NCBI GenBank assembly: GCA_963764165.1
Contig: CAVXRD010000001.1
Location: forward strand, 992,001-1,056,000
From: an uncultured Verrucomicrobiae bacterium
Lineage (GTDB): Bacteria > Verrucomicrobiota > Verrucomicrobiia > Limisphaerales > Palsa-1400
Reading direction: 5' to 3'
Length of the DNA stretch: 64,000 nucleotides
Numbering within the stretch: position 1 is the first letter of the stretch; each line of letters opens with the position of its first letter. Position numbers and translations under genes: made by a program. Shown here one piece after another: positions 37,507 through 47,941 of the stretch. Under the pieces are notes generated by a model, which was given only the letters and a program-made list of their open reading frames with translations, was not told the origin of the DNA and did no database searches.

Positions 37507-40302
37507 ATGGGAAAATCGCTTATCATAGCCGAAAAACCCTCCGTTGCCGCGGATATTGCCAAGGCGCTGGGAGGCTTTTCGAAGGCAAACGACTGCTTCG
37601 AAAGTGACAAATTCGTCCTTTCGTCGGCGGTCGGCCATTTGCTTGAGCTTTGCCTGCCCGAGGGGGCGGAAGTCAAAAAGGGCAAATGGAGTTTTGCCAA
37701 TCTGCCGGTCGTGCCGGATCATTTTGACCTGCGGCCCATCGAAAAGACCGAGAGCCGGCTGAAAGAGCTGCTTCGCCTCATCAAGCGAAAAGATGTCGAT
37801 GGCTTGATCAACGCTTGCGACGCCGGGCGCGAAGGCGAACTTATTTTCCGCTACATTGTCCAACACGCCAAGGCGAAGCAGCCGATCCAACGGCTCTGGC
37901 TGCAATCGATGACGCCCGCCTCCATCCGGCAGGGCTTCGCCTCGCTGCGGGACGATCGTTCCATGAAACCGCTGGCGGACGCGGCGGTTTGCCGGTCGGA
38001 ATCCGATTGGCTGGTGGGCATCAACGGCACCCGGGCCATGACCGCATTCAATTCCAAAACCGGCGGATTTCATCTGACGACGGTTGGACGGGTGCAGACG
38101 CCGACGCTGGCCATCGTGGTGGAACGCGAAGAGAAAATTCGCAAGTTCGTGCCGCGGGATTATTGCGAATTGCACGCCACCTTTGCCGCAAAAGCTGGCG
38201 AATATCTCGGCCGATGGATCGACGAAAAGTTCACGCGCGACCCAAAAAATCCGGATCCTGACCTGCGGCCCGAACGCATCCTGGATCGCGCCAAGGCCGA
38301 GGCGATTCGGGCCAAATGCATTGGCCAGCCCGGCATTGTCACCGAGGAAAGCAAGCCAGCCACCCAGCTTTCCCCGCTGTTGTTCGACTTGACAAGCTTG
38401 CAGCGGGAGGCCAACGGTCGATTCGGTTTTTCGGCCAAGAACACCCTTGGACTGGCCCAGGCCCTTTACGAGCGGCACAAGGTGCTGACCTATCCGCGAA
38501 CCGATTCGCGCTGCCTGCCCGAGGATTATCTGGCGACCGTGCGCGAGACATTGCAGATGATGGGCGGGACGAATTACGGGACGTTTGCGGGCGAAATTTT
38601 GCGCCAGCAATGGGTGCGGCCCAACAAGCGCATTTTCAACAACGCCAAAATCTCCGACCACTTTGCCATCGTCCCCACCGCGCTTGAGCCGAAAGGCCTG
38701 AGCGAGCCCGAGCAGAAATTGTACGACATGGTGGCCAAGCGGTTCCTCGCGGTGTTTTATCCGGCGGCGGAATTTCTCGTCACCACGCGCATCACCCGGG
38801 TGAAGGAAGAGCCGTACAAATCTGAAGGCAAAGTGATGTTGAACGCGGGATGGATGGCCATCTACGGACGCGAAGCGGAAGGTGATGATTCGACGCCGCG
38901 CCTTTCCCCGGTGCAAGCAGGCGAAACAGTGCAGACGACCAAAATCGATCTCATCGCCACACAGACCAAACCGCCCGCGCGCTACACGGAAGCGACGCTG
39001 CTTTCCGCGATGGAAGGCGCCGGCAAATTGGTCGAGGACGAGGAATTGCGCGAAGCCATGAGCGAGAAGGGGCTTGGCACGCCCGCAACCCGCGCCTCGA
39101 TTATCGAAGGTTTGATTTACGAGAAGTATATTCTGCGCGAAGCCCGCGAATTGCAGCCTACGGCGAAAGCGTTTTCGCTCATCACGCTGCTGCGCGGATT
39201 GAATATTCCCGAACTTTCCTCGCCGGAATTGACCGGCAATTGGGAATTCAAGCTCAAGCAAATGGAGCGCGGCGAACTGGATCGGGCGGAATTCATGCGG
39301 CAGATCGAGGAGATGACGCGCCAAATCGTGGCCAAAACAAAGAACCACGAGAGCGACACCGTTCCCGGCGATTTCGGCGAATTGAAAACGCCGTGCCCGA
39401 AATGCGGCGGCGTGATCCGCGAAAATTACAAAAAATACCAGTGCCAGAAGTGCGACTTCGCCCTCTGGAAAATCGTGGCTGGCCGCCAGTTTGAGATCAG
39501 CGAGATCGAAGAATTGATCTCGAAGCGCGAGGTGGGACCGCTGCAGGGATTCCGCAGCAAAGCCGGCTGGCCCTTCGCGGCCATCGTCAAATTGACGCCG
39601 GAATTGAAACCGGAATTTGACTTTGGCCAGCAGCAAAACGGCGAAGGCAAGGAAGGCGACGCGGTCGATTTGACAGGGAAGGAAAAGATTGGAACATGCC
39701 CTATCTGCGGCACGGATGTCTACGATCTCGGCATGAATTATTCGTGCGAAAAAGCCGCGCACCGCAAAGGCTGCAAATTCCGTGTGAGCAAAATCATTTT
39801 GCAGCAGCCGGTGGAAAAAGAGCAGGTGCAGAAAATCCTCACGCAGGGGAAAACGGATTTGCTGACGAAGTTCATTTCCAAAAAAGGCCGGCCCTTCAAG
39901 GCCTTCCTCGTTTTGGACAAGGAAAAGCAATCCGTCGGATTCGAATTCGAGCCCCGGGCCAAAAAAGGCACAGGTCCCGCCAAAGCCAAAACCCCCGCGC
40001 CCAAATTGGATCTCACCAACGCTGAGGAGGTCGCCAAATGCCCCGTCTGCGGCGGCCGCGTGCTTGATGCGGGCAGCGATTACATTTGCGAAAAATCGCA
40101 GGCGGAAAAGAAGCGCTGCAAATTCAAAATGGGCAAGGTGATTTTGCAGCAGCCTATCGACCGCGAGCAGGTGCAGAAATTGGCCACCAAAGGCCGCACC
40201 GATTTGCTGACCAACTTTATTTCCAAAGCCGGCCGCCCGTTCTCGGCCTTCCTCGTTCTCGGCGACGACCAGAAGGTCACTTTCGAATTTCAGCAGAAGT
40301 AA
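37507..40302 (+). CDS. topB: DNA topoisomerase III with three C-terminal zinc-ribbon/Toprim C-terminal repeats
   Basis: IAEKPSVA, NACDAGREGE, GRVQTPTL, LTYPRTDS, GLGTPATRA; three CPxCG...FxSK.G.PF.A repeats. Confidence 0.95.
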   Translation: MGKSLIIAEKPSVAADIAKALGGFSKANDCFESDKFVLSSAVGHLLELCLPEGAEVKKGKWSFANLPVVPDHFDLRPIEKTESRLKELLRLIKRKDVDGLINACDAGREGELIFRYIVQHAKAKQPIQRLWLQSMTPASIRQGFASLRDDRSMKPLADAAVCRSESDWLVGINGTRAMTAFNSKTGGFHLTTVGRVQTPTLAIVVEREEKIRKFVPRDYCELHATFAAKAGEYLGRWIDEKFTRDPKNPDPDLRPERILDRAKAEAIRAKCIGQPGIVTEESKPATQLSPLLFDLTSLQREANGRFGFSAKNTLGLAQALYERHKVLTYPRTDSRCLPEDYLATVRETLQMMGGTNYGTFAGEILRQQWVRPNKRIFNNAKISDHFAIVPTALEPKGLSEPEQKLYDMVAKRFLAVFYPAAEFLVTTRITRVKEEPYKSEGKVMLNAGWMAIYGREAEGDDSTPRLSPVQAGETVQTTKIDLIATQTKPPARYTEATLLSAMEGAGKLVEDEELREAMSEKGLGTPATRASIIEGLIYEKYILREARELQPTAKAFSLITLLRGLNIPELSSPELTGNWEFKLKQMERGELDRAEFMRQIEEMTRQIVAKTKNHESDTVPGDFGELKTPCPKCGGVIRENYKKYQCQKCDFALWKIVAGRQFEISEIEELISKREVGPLQGFRSKAGWPFAAIVKLTPELKPEFDFGQQQNGEGKEGDAVDLTGKEKIGTCPICGTDVYDLGMNYSCEKAAHRKGCKFRVSKIILQQPVEKEQVQKILTQGKTDLLTKFISKKGRPFKAFLVLDKEKQSVGFEFEPRAKKGTGPAKAKTPAPKLDLTNAEEVAKCPVCGGRVLDAGSDYICEKSQAEKKRCKFKMGKVILQQPIDREQVQKLATKGRTDLLTNFISKAGRPFSAFLVLGDDQKVTFEFQQK

Positions 40303-40649
40303 TGGGTTCATTTTACCAGGGCGAATCAAGGGCGATATCACACGCATCGTCCCCAGGCTGCCGGAGGGAAAAGAACTTTCGCGAAGAGAAGGACGAGTGC
40401 GCGGAGGAACACAAAGACAAGTCCGCGCTCCACTGAAAAACACGGAGGATGCTGCGTGCTGACCCAAGAAAAACGCCGACGCGTCCAATCACGCCAGATT
40501 TTCATGAAAAGGCGGAGCGGATGTGAATGGAGGGCCGTCTGCGGCGGCAAGAGACGCCTCGGCGCGGCCTCTGCCGTCGAACGGGCTGCGCGTGCACTTC
40601 CGTCCCGAAAAAGATTGCTGGGGCGCATCGCGCCTTCTAAGGTCATGAC

Positions 40650-41432
40650 GTGGCGGTTCAACTGACCATTCTGGGGAGCGGTTCGGCGGGCAATTGCGCT
40701 TATCTTGAAACAAATGAGGCGCGCCTCCTCGTGGACGCCGGGCTGACGGGACGCCAAATTCGTGCGCGCATGGCGACGATTGCGCGCGCCCCCGAGACGC
40801 TGACCGGCATCCTCATCACCCACGAGCATTCCGACCACATTTCGGGACTTGCGGGCTTGGCGGCGAAATTGGATGTGCCCATTTACTGCAACCGCGAAAC
40901 AAAAAGCGCCATCGAGGCGCAATTAAAAACCCAGATCAAGGCGCATGTGTTCGCCACGGGCGATTCCTTTGAAGTGGGCGATGTCACGGTTGAAACGTTC
41001 TCCATCCCGCACGACGCCATTGATCCGGTCGGATACATGGTGCGCACCGTTTCGGGAAATATTGGGTTCCTTACCGACCTCGGGCATGCGACGAAAATGG
41101 TGGTGGAACGGGTGCGTTGCGCGAACGTGCTTTTGCTGGAGGCGAACCACGACGTGAAGATGCTGCAGGACTGTCCGCGCCGCCCGTGGAGTCTCAAGCA
41201 GCGCATCTTGAGCCGCCACGGTCATCTTTCCAACGAGAGCGCCGCCGAGGTCGCCGCTCAGATCCTTTCGGCGGATTTGCGCCGGTTGTATCTCGGCCAT
41301 TTGAGCCGCGATTGCAACCGGCCGGAGCTGGCCCATAAAGCGGTGAGTTCGCGATTGGCCCAAATGGGCGCCACGCATGTGTGGATTGAAGCTGCCTCGC
41401 AAGATATTCCCTGTACAACATTCACTCTTTGA
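40650..41432 (+). CDS. MBL-fold metallo-hydrolase, YycJ/WalJ-like
   Basis: GSGSAGN, THEHSDH, PHDA, TDLG, EANHD, GHLSN, HLSRDCN. Confidence 0.92.
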   Translation: MAVQLTILGSGSAGNCAYLETNEARLLVDAGLTGRQIRARMATIARAPETLTGILITHEHSDHISGLAGLAAKLDVPIYCNRETKSAIEAQLKTQIKAHVFATGDSFEVGDVTVETFSIPHDAIDPVGYMVRTVSGNIGFLTDLGHATKMVVERVRCANVLLLEANHDVKMLQDCPRRPWSLKQRILSRHGHLSNESAAEVAAQILSADLRRLYLGHLSRDCNRPELAHKAVSSRLAQMGATHVWIEAASQDIPCTTFTL

Positions 41433-42117
41433 TTTTGGGTTCGTCGACAATTTCCGTGGAATAGCAATGTCAAATCTGACTCATATCGGCAAGGAAACTC
41501 AGTGCAGCAGAGGAATCAGACCAGCATAATCGCATTTTTCGGCTTCACGGTTCTGAATTCGAAGACGGGTTGCCCACGTAGCGCATATTTGAAGTTGCCC
41601 GATCGCAAGCGAGGCCCCGTCTTTGGGGCATGGTTCCCGGCAACCTGCTCTGAAAATGGATCACGTGAAGGAAATTCCAATATGTCATTATGTTGATCTG
41701 ACCCGTCTGGTGGACCGCAAGCACTGCAATGCTTCTATTACCGGCTGTTCACCGATTTAAATGGGCATTTATGACAAGGCAAAATTTGGATTTTGTTATA
41801 CACTTGCGTGTTTAACAATAATTGTTGGGTGTAATGAGAAAACGCTGACGACTGGAGAGAAAATGGTTTCGTCGTTTTCAAATTCTATGTCCTACGATCA
41901 GGTGAAGGTGCTCTTAGCCAGTAACTCATATCAGTCTCAGATTATAGACAAGGAGTTATCTAAAGGTGCGTCTTTATTGGTTATATCCGTCACTAACTAT
42001 CGACTTTATGAGATCAATGGCACCCTTGATTGCAGCTTCTTCAAAGATCGATTATGGTCCGTCAATTTTACTCCAGCCCATGAGCAGGATATGAAAACAC
42101 TTCAAATGCAAGTCTTT

Positions 42118-43619
42118 GGGCGCATCTCAGTTTTTAGACAGGTCGAAGTGACGACTATGGGGAAAGAGGAGATGCCAGCGGTCGTTTCGCCAGAATGTTT
42201 CTAAACACAGCAAGGCCTCGTCTCCTTGCCGGCTCCAGTATTGTCCGGGGCGCTTGAAGCGGCATTGAGTCTGCCGGCAGGTTGATTCCACCGCTCCGCT
42301 GCCGATAGGTTCTCCCCGTCGCGCCCCAGCCCGATAGTCCATTCGCTCTTGGTGTTCTCGCAGATAGTTGACTTCTTTTTGGATCCCTTCGGCGTCCGCG
42401 CCCGCTGGCATGGCTCGCAGTATTTCCTCCAACTGGCTGATGACTTTAAGCGCGGATTGATTCTTGAGTTGTTTGACCAAGGGCCGCAGCCATTGCTTAA
42501 GCCGGTCTTTATTCTCGCCAAAAAGGGCTCGCCCCACCGCAGCCAAATGCTGCACCGCGTGATAAAAATCCAAACGCTGGCGCGCCTCGGGAAAACGGTC
42601 GTCGGCCAGCCGCCAGATCCAAGCCGCTCCATCGGCGATGACCAGCGCTCCGGCCGCCTGTCCCAATCCACGGCGCATGGCTTCGGCATGCAATGGCTGG
42701 CGCAATCCGTCTATTCCCTCCCGCGTGGCCACAAAGCCCCGCTGGCTGATAATGGGGCGCCCGCCATCGGTTTTTCCGCAATGATCAAGCCGGAAGCAGG
42801 TGCCCGTATAAACCCAATGCCAGCGTTCGGGCTCCTGCCCGGCTTTGCGCAGGCGCTGGGTTTGCCCCCACTGGTCCCGCTCGCGGATGTTCCATGCATC
42901 CATCTGGATAATCATTTGGTAAGGCTCCAAGACCATTTCCGCCTGCGCCGCCGCCGGGGCGCTCCGGCAGGCTTGCTCGTCTAATTTGCGCCGCACCTCC
43001 CGGGCTCGCTCCCCCTGCCGGCGCGCTTCCCGGTCCAGCGTCGGACGCGGCATCTTCACTCCGGTAAGATGCTCCATCACTTGGCTGGCCTCGCCCACCG
43101 GCATCTTGCTGGCCAGCAAAGCAGCCATCTCCTGCACGCGGGGCGAGTAGCCCGCCGTCTCCTCCAGGCCCAGCAGCGTATCAGCAGGAAAGCGCCACTT
43201 CTTGCACCGCTTGCAGAATCCCCGATCCCGCCGAATCGTCACCGGCCCGAATCGTGTCTGGAATGTCCGCTCGTGCCCGTGGCCGATTCGGCTCAAGGGC
43301 TGCTGGCAAACTGGACACCGGGGCGCAGCCAAGTCGGCTTTCTTTTGAGCGGCCTTTTGGGTGGCCAAGCGCAGCAGGTCTTGGCTCTGCCGCTCCACTT
43401 CCATCTCGATGTCTCCAAGGTTTTGATCTGACGCGACTAGAAAATCACGCACGCTCTGCTCCAGAGCATCGCTCAACCGCGCGGCTTTGACCGCCAGCGA
43501 CTCCGATGCCTCCGGGCAATGTCGACTAACAGAAGATTTTTCCTCACAGCAAATTGCACTCATCCACTCCTTTTATCCCATTCCTCACGACTTGACTGCT
43601 CAAAAACTGAGATGCGCCC
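42118..43619 (-). mobile_element. ISKra4/ISLre2-type (Mutator-like) insertion sequence, 1502 bp
   Basis: Perfect 18-bp TIRs GGGCGCATCTCAGTTTTT; 9-bp target duplication CAAGTCTTT (42109-42117, 43620-43628). Confidence 0.93.
42127..43563 (-). CDS. ISKra4-like (UPF0236) transposase
   Basis: CxxC...CxxC, TRFG.V...R, P.D..LGL, ADGA.WIW, LDFYHA..HL, PIGSG.VES. Confidence 0.9.
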   Translation of the reverse strand: MSAICCEEKSSVSRHCPEASESLAVKAARLSDALEQSVRDFLVASDQNLGDIEMEVERQSQDLLRLATQKAAQKKADLAAPRCPVCQQPLSRIGHGHERTFQTRFGPVTIRRDRGFCKRCKKWRFPADTLLGLEETAGYSPRVQEMAALLASKMPVGEASQVMEHLTGVKMPRPTLDREARRQGERAREVRRKLDEQACRSAPAAAQAEMVLEPYQMIIQMDAWNIRERDQWGQTQRLRKAGQEPERWHWVYTGTCFRLDHCGKTDGGRPIISQRGFVATREGIDGLRQPLHAEAMRRGLGQAAGALVIADGAAWIWRLADDRFPEARQRLDFYHAVQHLAAVGRALFGENKDRLKQWLRPLVKQLKNQSALKVISQLEEILRAMPAGADAEGIQKEVNYLREHQERMDYRAGARRGEPIGSGAVESTCRQTQCRFKRPGQYWSRQGDEALLCLETFWRNDRWHLLFPHSRHFDLSKN

Positions 43620-43937
43620 CAAGTCTTTGGCGGCATGACAAACGTATCGACAAGAATCCAAGGCCATATTAAAATTGAGATCCATCCGTCTTATAAAGGG
43701 TTGGCAGTGTCTTGGGTCGACGAGCGGATGTGGGACGAAGTTGCGGCTTGGGCTTCACCCTGATAGCGTGGGACCGTTGGAAATGGGGTTACCCGTTTGG
43801 ACGTTGCGTCAACAGTTAAAACGCGACCATCCTCAATTTTCTTATTGAGCTTTTCCTTAGCCGCAAAAGTCTTCTTTACAGGCCGCATCCGATCCCTTCA
43901 TTTCGTTCGTGTGATTCTTAGAGCCGATCACCGATCA

Positions 43938-44771
43938 TCATCTCCCTAGGCGTTCCAATTTTTCAAGCGTGATGCCATCTTCCGTTTTCCAGATAAGCCA
44001 GCCATTGGCCGACATTCCCAAAACAGCAGCGGCGGCCTGGCTTGGGGTGGAAAAAACGTGGTCTTGCTCGAAGATGATCCGGCTGCCCTGCTTGCGCAAA
44101 ACTCCAGACTCGATCAGCGTGGCGCACACTGCTTCGGAGGCTTTGCTCAAAGGCGACGAGGCGCCGCGCTCAGCGCCGATCGAGCCTTTGAGAACCATAA
44201 ATCCCTCCTCCACACAGCGCCCCTGGGCATTTGCCCCGCAGCAGTTGCACGTTAGAATCGCTTCCGACTTGGCCGGCAGGACCGCCTCCGGCTCAACCAC
44301 AGGGGCAGGCCCCAAATAAGGCGCAAGCCGCGGCGGATCTTTCGAGCCGGACATTTCTGCCGTGGAACCGCGGTTGAGGCGGTAGCGAACTCCCACCAAT
44401 CCAAGCAACAGCGCCGCAAACGGGAGCACCGTGTGCGGCCAATCGCCCAGTCCCTCGATGTTTTCCTCAGAGTAGGAGCGGGGCTGAGTGACGACGACTC
44501 GCTGCCTGGCCTGAAGCTGGGCCGCCATGCCCTCGATGACTTTGGCGCGATTGGCCTGCTTTTGCTCGTAACGCTCGCGGCCAACCCTGAGCTTTTGTTG
44601 AAAAGAATATTCCGCGTCAAAGAACTGCAGTCTTCGCCTCTCCTCGGCGGCGGCGGAGTTGGTTGGCTGTGGCCCAGTGGAAACGCCGGCCTTCGCCGGC
44701 CAGACGGAAGCCAGCAGAAGCGTTAAGGCAACGATGGCGGCCAGATTGGCTCGTGGGACGCAACGGTTCAT
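43938..44771 (-). CDS. signal peptide + TM + C-terminal DUF4357 (RAMA-like) domain protein
   Basis: GFMVLKGS, F.QD.VFSTPS.AA..VLG.SANGW..WK...G.TL; ATG overlaps the upstream stop (ATGA). Confidence 0.75.
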   Translation of the reverse strand: MNRCVPRANLAAIVALTLLLASVWPAKAGVSTGPQPTNSAAAEERRRLQFFDAEYSFQQKLRVGRERYEQKQANRAKVIEGMAAQLQARQRVVVTQPRSYSEENIEGLGDWPHTVLPFAALLLGLVGVRYRLNRGSTAEMSGSKDPPRLAPYLGPAPVVEPEAVLPAKSEAILTCNCCGANAQGRCVEEGFMVLKGSIGAERGASSPLSKASEAVCATLIESGVLRKQGSRIIFEQDHVFSTPSQAAAAVLGMSANGWLIWKTEDGITLEKLERLGR

Positions 44772-46480
44772 TGAGTCAAGGCAAGGCCCGCCGAATTTGG
44801 CGCAATTTCAGCATATGCGTTTATCTGAATCGGCTGGCCCCAGGGCAGTCCCAAGTTAATGTATTGGTTCGGATTGTTATGATAGCGGCTATTGACCCGC
44901 GAGTCGTAAATGAGGCCGAGAGTATTTTGAAATACGATTTGTTCATTTCGTGAAACAATGACTCCGTTAAAAACGGCGGCGCTCTGCGCCAGCCTCATGG
45001 CGGCGGCGTGATCCGTATAAAAAATCCCCTGCAGCGTTCCCATGTTGTCAGTCGCCACGGAACTATACGGCAATGGCACACCCAAGACTTTTGGATAGTT
45101 TAAGATGTAAGATGCGCGCGTGGCAGTCATATTAATATCCGTGTTGTAATTGTAATTGGCTTCCACAATGCCGTCGCCATCGGCATCATACCAGGTGCCC
45201 GTCACCCCATTGGCCTGAAGGTAGGGAATGTCATCATCAGGTGTATTGGCAATGCCGTCGGCGCCGAGATGGGATTCATCGCCGACGACTTGCAATCCGC
45301 TCCCGGGATAATTGTAGCACCAGCTAACCCAATCGGGATCCGTCACGTCCCCAGCCAGAATGGACCCTCGCACGGCGTAGGCGACCAAATCATTGCTCAT
45401 GGACGATGCCACCCACGCGTCACGGGCGGCGACGCTTTGAGTCTCCGGGGGCGTGCCGAAATTCGGACTGTTTGCATAGGTGAGATTGCTGGCAATGTAA
45501 AGATTTCCGCCGACATAAAGCGTTCCTTGTCCGGTCACAGTTCCCTGAATGACAAGATCACCCTGAATGACCACTGTGCCCTTGATGGTAATCGGAGCGG
45601 CCGGTGTCCCTGCAACATACAAACCAGTTTGCGGAGTCACATTGCCGCCGTTCCCGCCCGGGTTCGGCGTGTAGGCATTCGTCAAGACGCCGGCCACGAT
45701 TTGGTTGGTGCCAATCCACAGCCCGTTGGTGGCCGTGTTGTTCGTGGCCGCGGCGACGTAATTGCTGAAATTCAAAAGATTGGGCATCGTCACCCGGGGA
45801 GAACCCTGGTGAACGAGGTTGGTTTCATCCGTGGCAGCCAGCCCGGCGAACGGAGGCGATGCGTAATTCTGAACCGGCACTTCGTTTTCATCGACTTGGT
45901 CCGCGGCGTAGATGGCTCCATTGACGGTTGGGCTGTCTCGGAAATCAAAATCCCAGTTGGCCCGCTGGCCGCCATTGCCAGTGATGGTGCTGCCCCACCA
46001 CCAGCCCCAATTATTCAGAAAATACTCGTAATCGAACACCTGGCTGGCCGGACGAATCGTCACCGTCGCCTGGATGGTCCTGACTTTGTTTTTATAGCAC
46101 GCTGAAGAAGTGATCTGGAGGACGTTGTTGGGGGACACCGGCGATTGCACGACCGAGACCCAGGCGCCGCCAAAGTTGGGATCCGGGCTGGCGGTGGAAA
46201 TGACTTCACCTACCGGAAGGGTTCCAAGCGCCGTGGAATAGTAGTTGCTGGAACCGGGCGTTGGCAGAGTGTCAAAGGCGGCTTGCGCGGCCCAGACTGC
46301 GGCATTTTCCGAGGCATAATACGCCTTGCCCCACGCGACACGCCCATAAGCGCTGTTAAGCGAAAAACTGCTTAGAACCAATGTGGCGCTGGCAATCAGG
46401 CAAACGACTGCGCCCACCGCCACGACAATCAGCAAGGTCGATCCACTCTGGCGCAGGCGTTTTATTCGGGAAATATCCAT
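44768..46480 (-). CDS. PilX/GspK-like large minor pilin with beta-rich C-terminal region
   Basis: RQSGSTLLIV prepilin-like N-terminus, A.YASE.A helix, G/N/T-rich GDLVI.G beta repeats. Confidence 0.7.
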   Translation of the reverse strand: MDISRIKRLRQSGSTLLIVVAVGAVVCLIASATLVLSSFSLNSAYGRVAWGKAYYASENAAVWAAQAAFDTLPTPGSSNYYSTALGTLPVGEVISTASPDPNFGGAWVSVVQSPVSPNNVLQITSSACYKNKVRTIQATVTIRPASQVFDYEYFLNNWGWWWGSTITGNGGQRANWDFDFRDSPTVNGAIYAADQVDENEVPVQNYASPPFAGLAATDETNLVHQGSPRVTMPNLLNFSNYVAAATNNTATNGLWIGTNQIVAGVLTNAYTPNPGGNGGNVTPQTGLYVAGTPAAPITIKGTVVIQGDLVIQGTVTGQGTLYVGGNLYIASNLTYANSPNFGTPPETQSVAARDAWVASSMSNDLVAYAVRGSILAGDVTDPDWVSWCYNYPGSGLQVVGDESHLGADGIANTPDDDIPYLQANGVTGTWYDADGDGIVEANYNYNTDINMTATRASYILNYPKVLGVPLPYSSVATDNMGTLQGIFYTDHAAAMRLAQSAAVFNGVIVSRNEQIVFQNTLGLIYDSRVNSRYHNNPNQYINLGLPWGQPIQINAYAEIAPNSAGLALTQ

Positions 46481-46497
46481 AACGAGACGGACGCTTG

Positions 46498-47106
46498 TCA
46501 GTCATTGCGCATTTGAACCGAGAAAGTGCGATATACATTCGCAGGGTTATTGGTTGGGTTGTGCTGCGAGAATCCGTTGTCTGTCATTTGAAAGGTCACG
46601 GTAATTAGGGAGTTATTCTGCGAGCCGTCCATATTCCAGGAAGTAGAGAAGTAAAGCTCCGTCAAGGAGGCGCTGACGTTATTGGTCATCCATATCACCT
46701 GGGCCGTTGGAATCCCGGTGTTTGGAGTGTAAATGGCCGTCCCATTCGACGCATTAAAACTGATCGACTCCTGGATATAGGCGCCGTTGGTCGGGTAAAA
46801 CAAAACCACTGAAGAATACCCGTTTGTGATCCCGTTGATAAGAACGGCGCTCGACCAAACGGGAGAAATGCCCTGGTTCGCGCTCATGCTGCGCAGGCAA
46901 CTGGTGATATTGGCTTCCAGCGTATAGGCCTGTTCCTCGACGGTGTTGGCGGCATACCCATTGCGCTGTTCGGTGGCGGACTGAACGAGCAGGAGGATCA
47001 CCGATCCCCCCAAGAGAACGCTTATTCCCGTGGATACCATCAACTCCACCAGCGTGAAGCCACGCCGGGAAACCCGTTCAATATCGCCGCGCAGGGGCAT
47101 CTTCAT
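46498..47106 (-). CDS. PilW/GspJ-like prepilin
   Basis: RRG|FTLVELMV class III signal; ends ..V.MRN. Confidence 0.85.
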   Translation of the reverse strand: MKMPLRGDIERVSRRGFTLVELMVSTGISVLLGGSVILLLVQSATEQRNGYAANTVEEQAYTLEANITSCLRSMSANQGISPVWSSAVLINGITNGYSSVVLFYPTNGAYIQESISFNASNGTAIYTPNTGIPTAQVIWMTNNVSASLTELYFSTSWNMDGSQNNSLITVTFQMTDNGFSQHNPTNNPANVYRTFSVQMRND

Positions 47107-47633
47107 AGGTTTGGGGTGTTGGCTGTCCGCAGCGTATCGACCTCGACTTCGAGCTGCCCTCCCCTGGCCAGCGGCGCATTCCAATCCACTTTGATGTTCA
47201 TTTCGATGTCATGGAGCGTTCCGGCCACGCTGTTTTGCGTCAGGTTCACCGTCATCGTGGGGTTCAAATTCGTCAGCCACAGCAGATCAGGGTAAAAGGT
47301 CTGGAAGGCGAGGGTATTGAGTGAGACGGGCGTGTTGTTCGACGGGATGATGATCAAGGGCGCGCCACCAGTGCCGTTGTAAATGTAATTGATCGGCAAC
47401 CCGGGCCCCACAGAGGTGAAAGGGAGGGCTTTGATGTTCTCGACGTATTTCGTCAAGAAGTTCATGGCAATCGCCTCCTGCTTCGCCTTTCGATTGCTGA
47501 TTTGATCAAGCACGATGGACGAAAGCCCCGCCACAATGAAAACCCCAAAAAGCCCTACGGAAACGACGACCTCCGCCACTGTAAATGCGGCCGTGCCTCT
47601 TGTTTTATGGAATTCAGGAGCCAATTTCATCAT
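47103..47633 (-). CDS. PilV/GspI-like prepilin
   Basis: AA|FTVAEVVVS class III signal; E.IK..PF motif; stop overlaps next ATG. Confidence 0.8.
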   Translation of the reverse strand: MMKLAPEFHKTRGTAAFTVAEVVVSVGLFGVFIVAGLSSIVLDQISNRKAKQEAIAMNFLTKYVENIKALPFTSVGPGLPINYIYNGTGGAPLIIIPSNNTPVSLNTLAFQTFYPDLLWLTNLNPTMTVNLTQNSVAGTLHDIEMNIKVDWNAPLARGGQLEVEVDTLRTANTPNL

Positions 47634-47941
47634 CGCATCCGCCAAGCAACCGCCGTAAATGTTTGGTTGAAAAGCGTTCTCACACCCGCCATAAGCAACA
47701 ACCATTCCACTCTTGACGGAATATTCTTCAACCGCTCGCTCAAAATAGCGGATTGACGGCCGCGATTGTCGCATTTACCCGCTGGCATGCAACTCTTTTC
47801 CCCACCCGCAGGCATCACCAGGAACCAGCCCGCCAGCCGTGCGTTGGCTTTAACGCAGGGCGCGCGGCTCCTGCTGCATTTCCCTCGAATGAGGATCCTG
47901 ATGCGGCCGGTTTGCCGGAAACCGCAAGGTGAAATCGAGCA

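Larger units (their letters stand above)
41761..43763 (+). pseudogene. orphan lipoprotein-like gene (163 aa when rejoined) disrupted by an IS
   Basis: 41761-42117 + 43629-43763 rejoin in frame (...QMQVF|GGMTNVST...WASP*); IVGC lipobox-like motif; AT-rich. Confidence 0.8.

Noticed and set aside
37270..40488. 1072 aa minus-strand ORF
   Set aside because: Antisense shadow of topB
40303..40649. Possible ncRNA or small gene between topB and the YycJ-like gene
   Set aside because: Only degenerate REP-like hairpins (e.g. ~40552-40575); no convincing ORF or RNA family signature
41680..41775. Possible remnant of a toxin C-terminus (SDPSG, shared GACCCGTCTGG with ~53548) upstream of the orphan lipoprotein
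   Set aside because: Only an 11-nt / 5-aa match with an adjacent in-frame stop; not distinguishable from chance without a search
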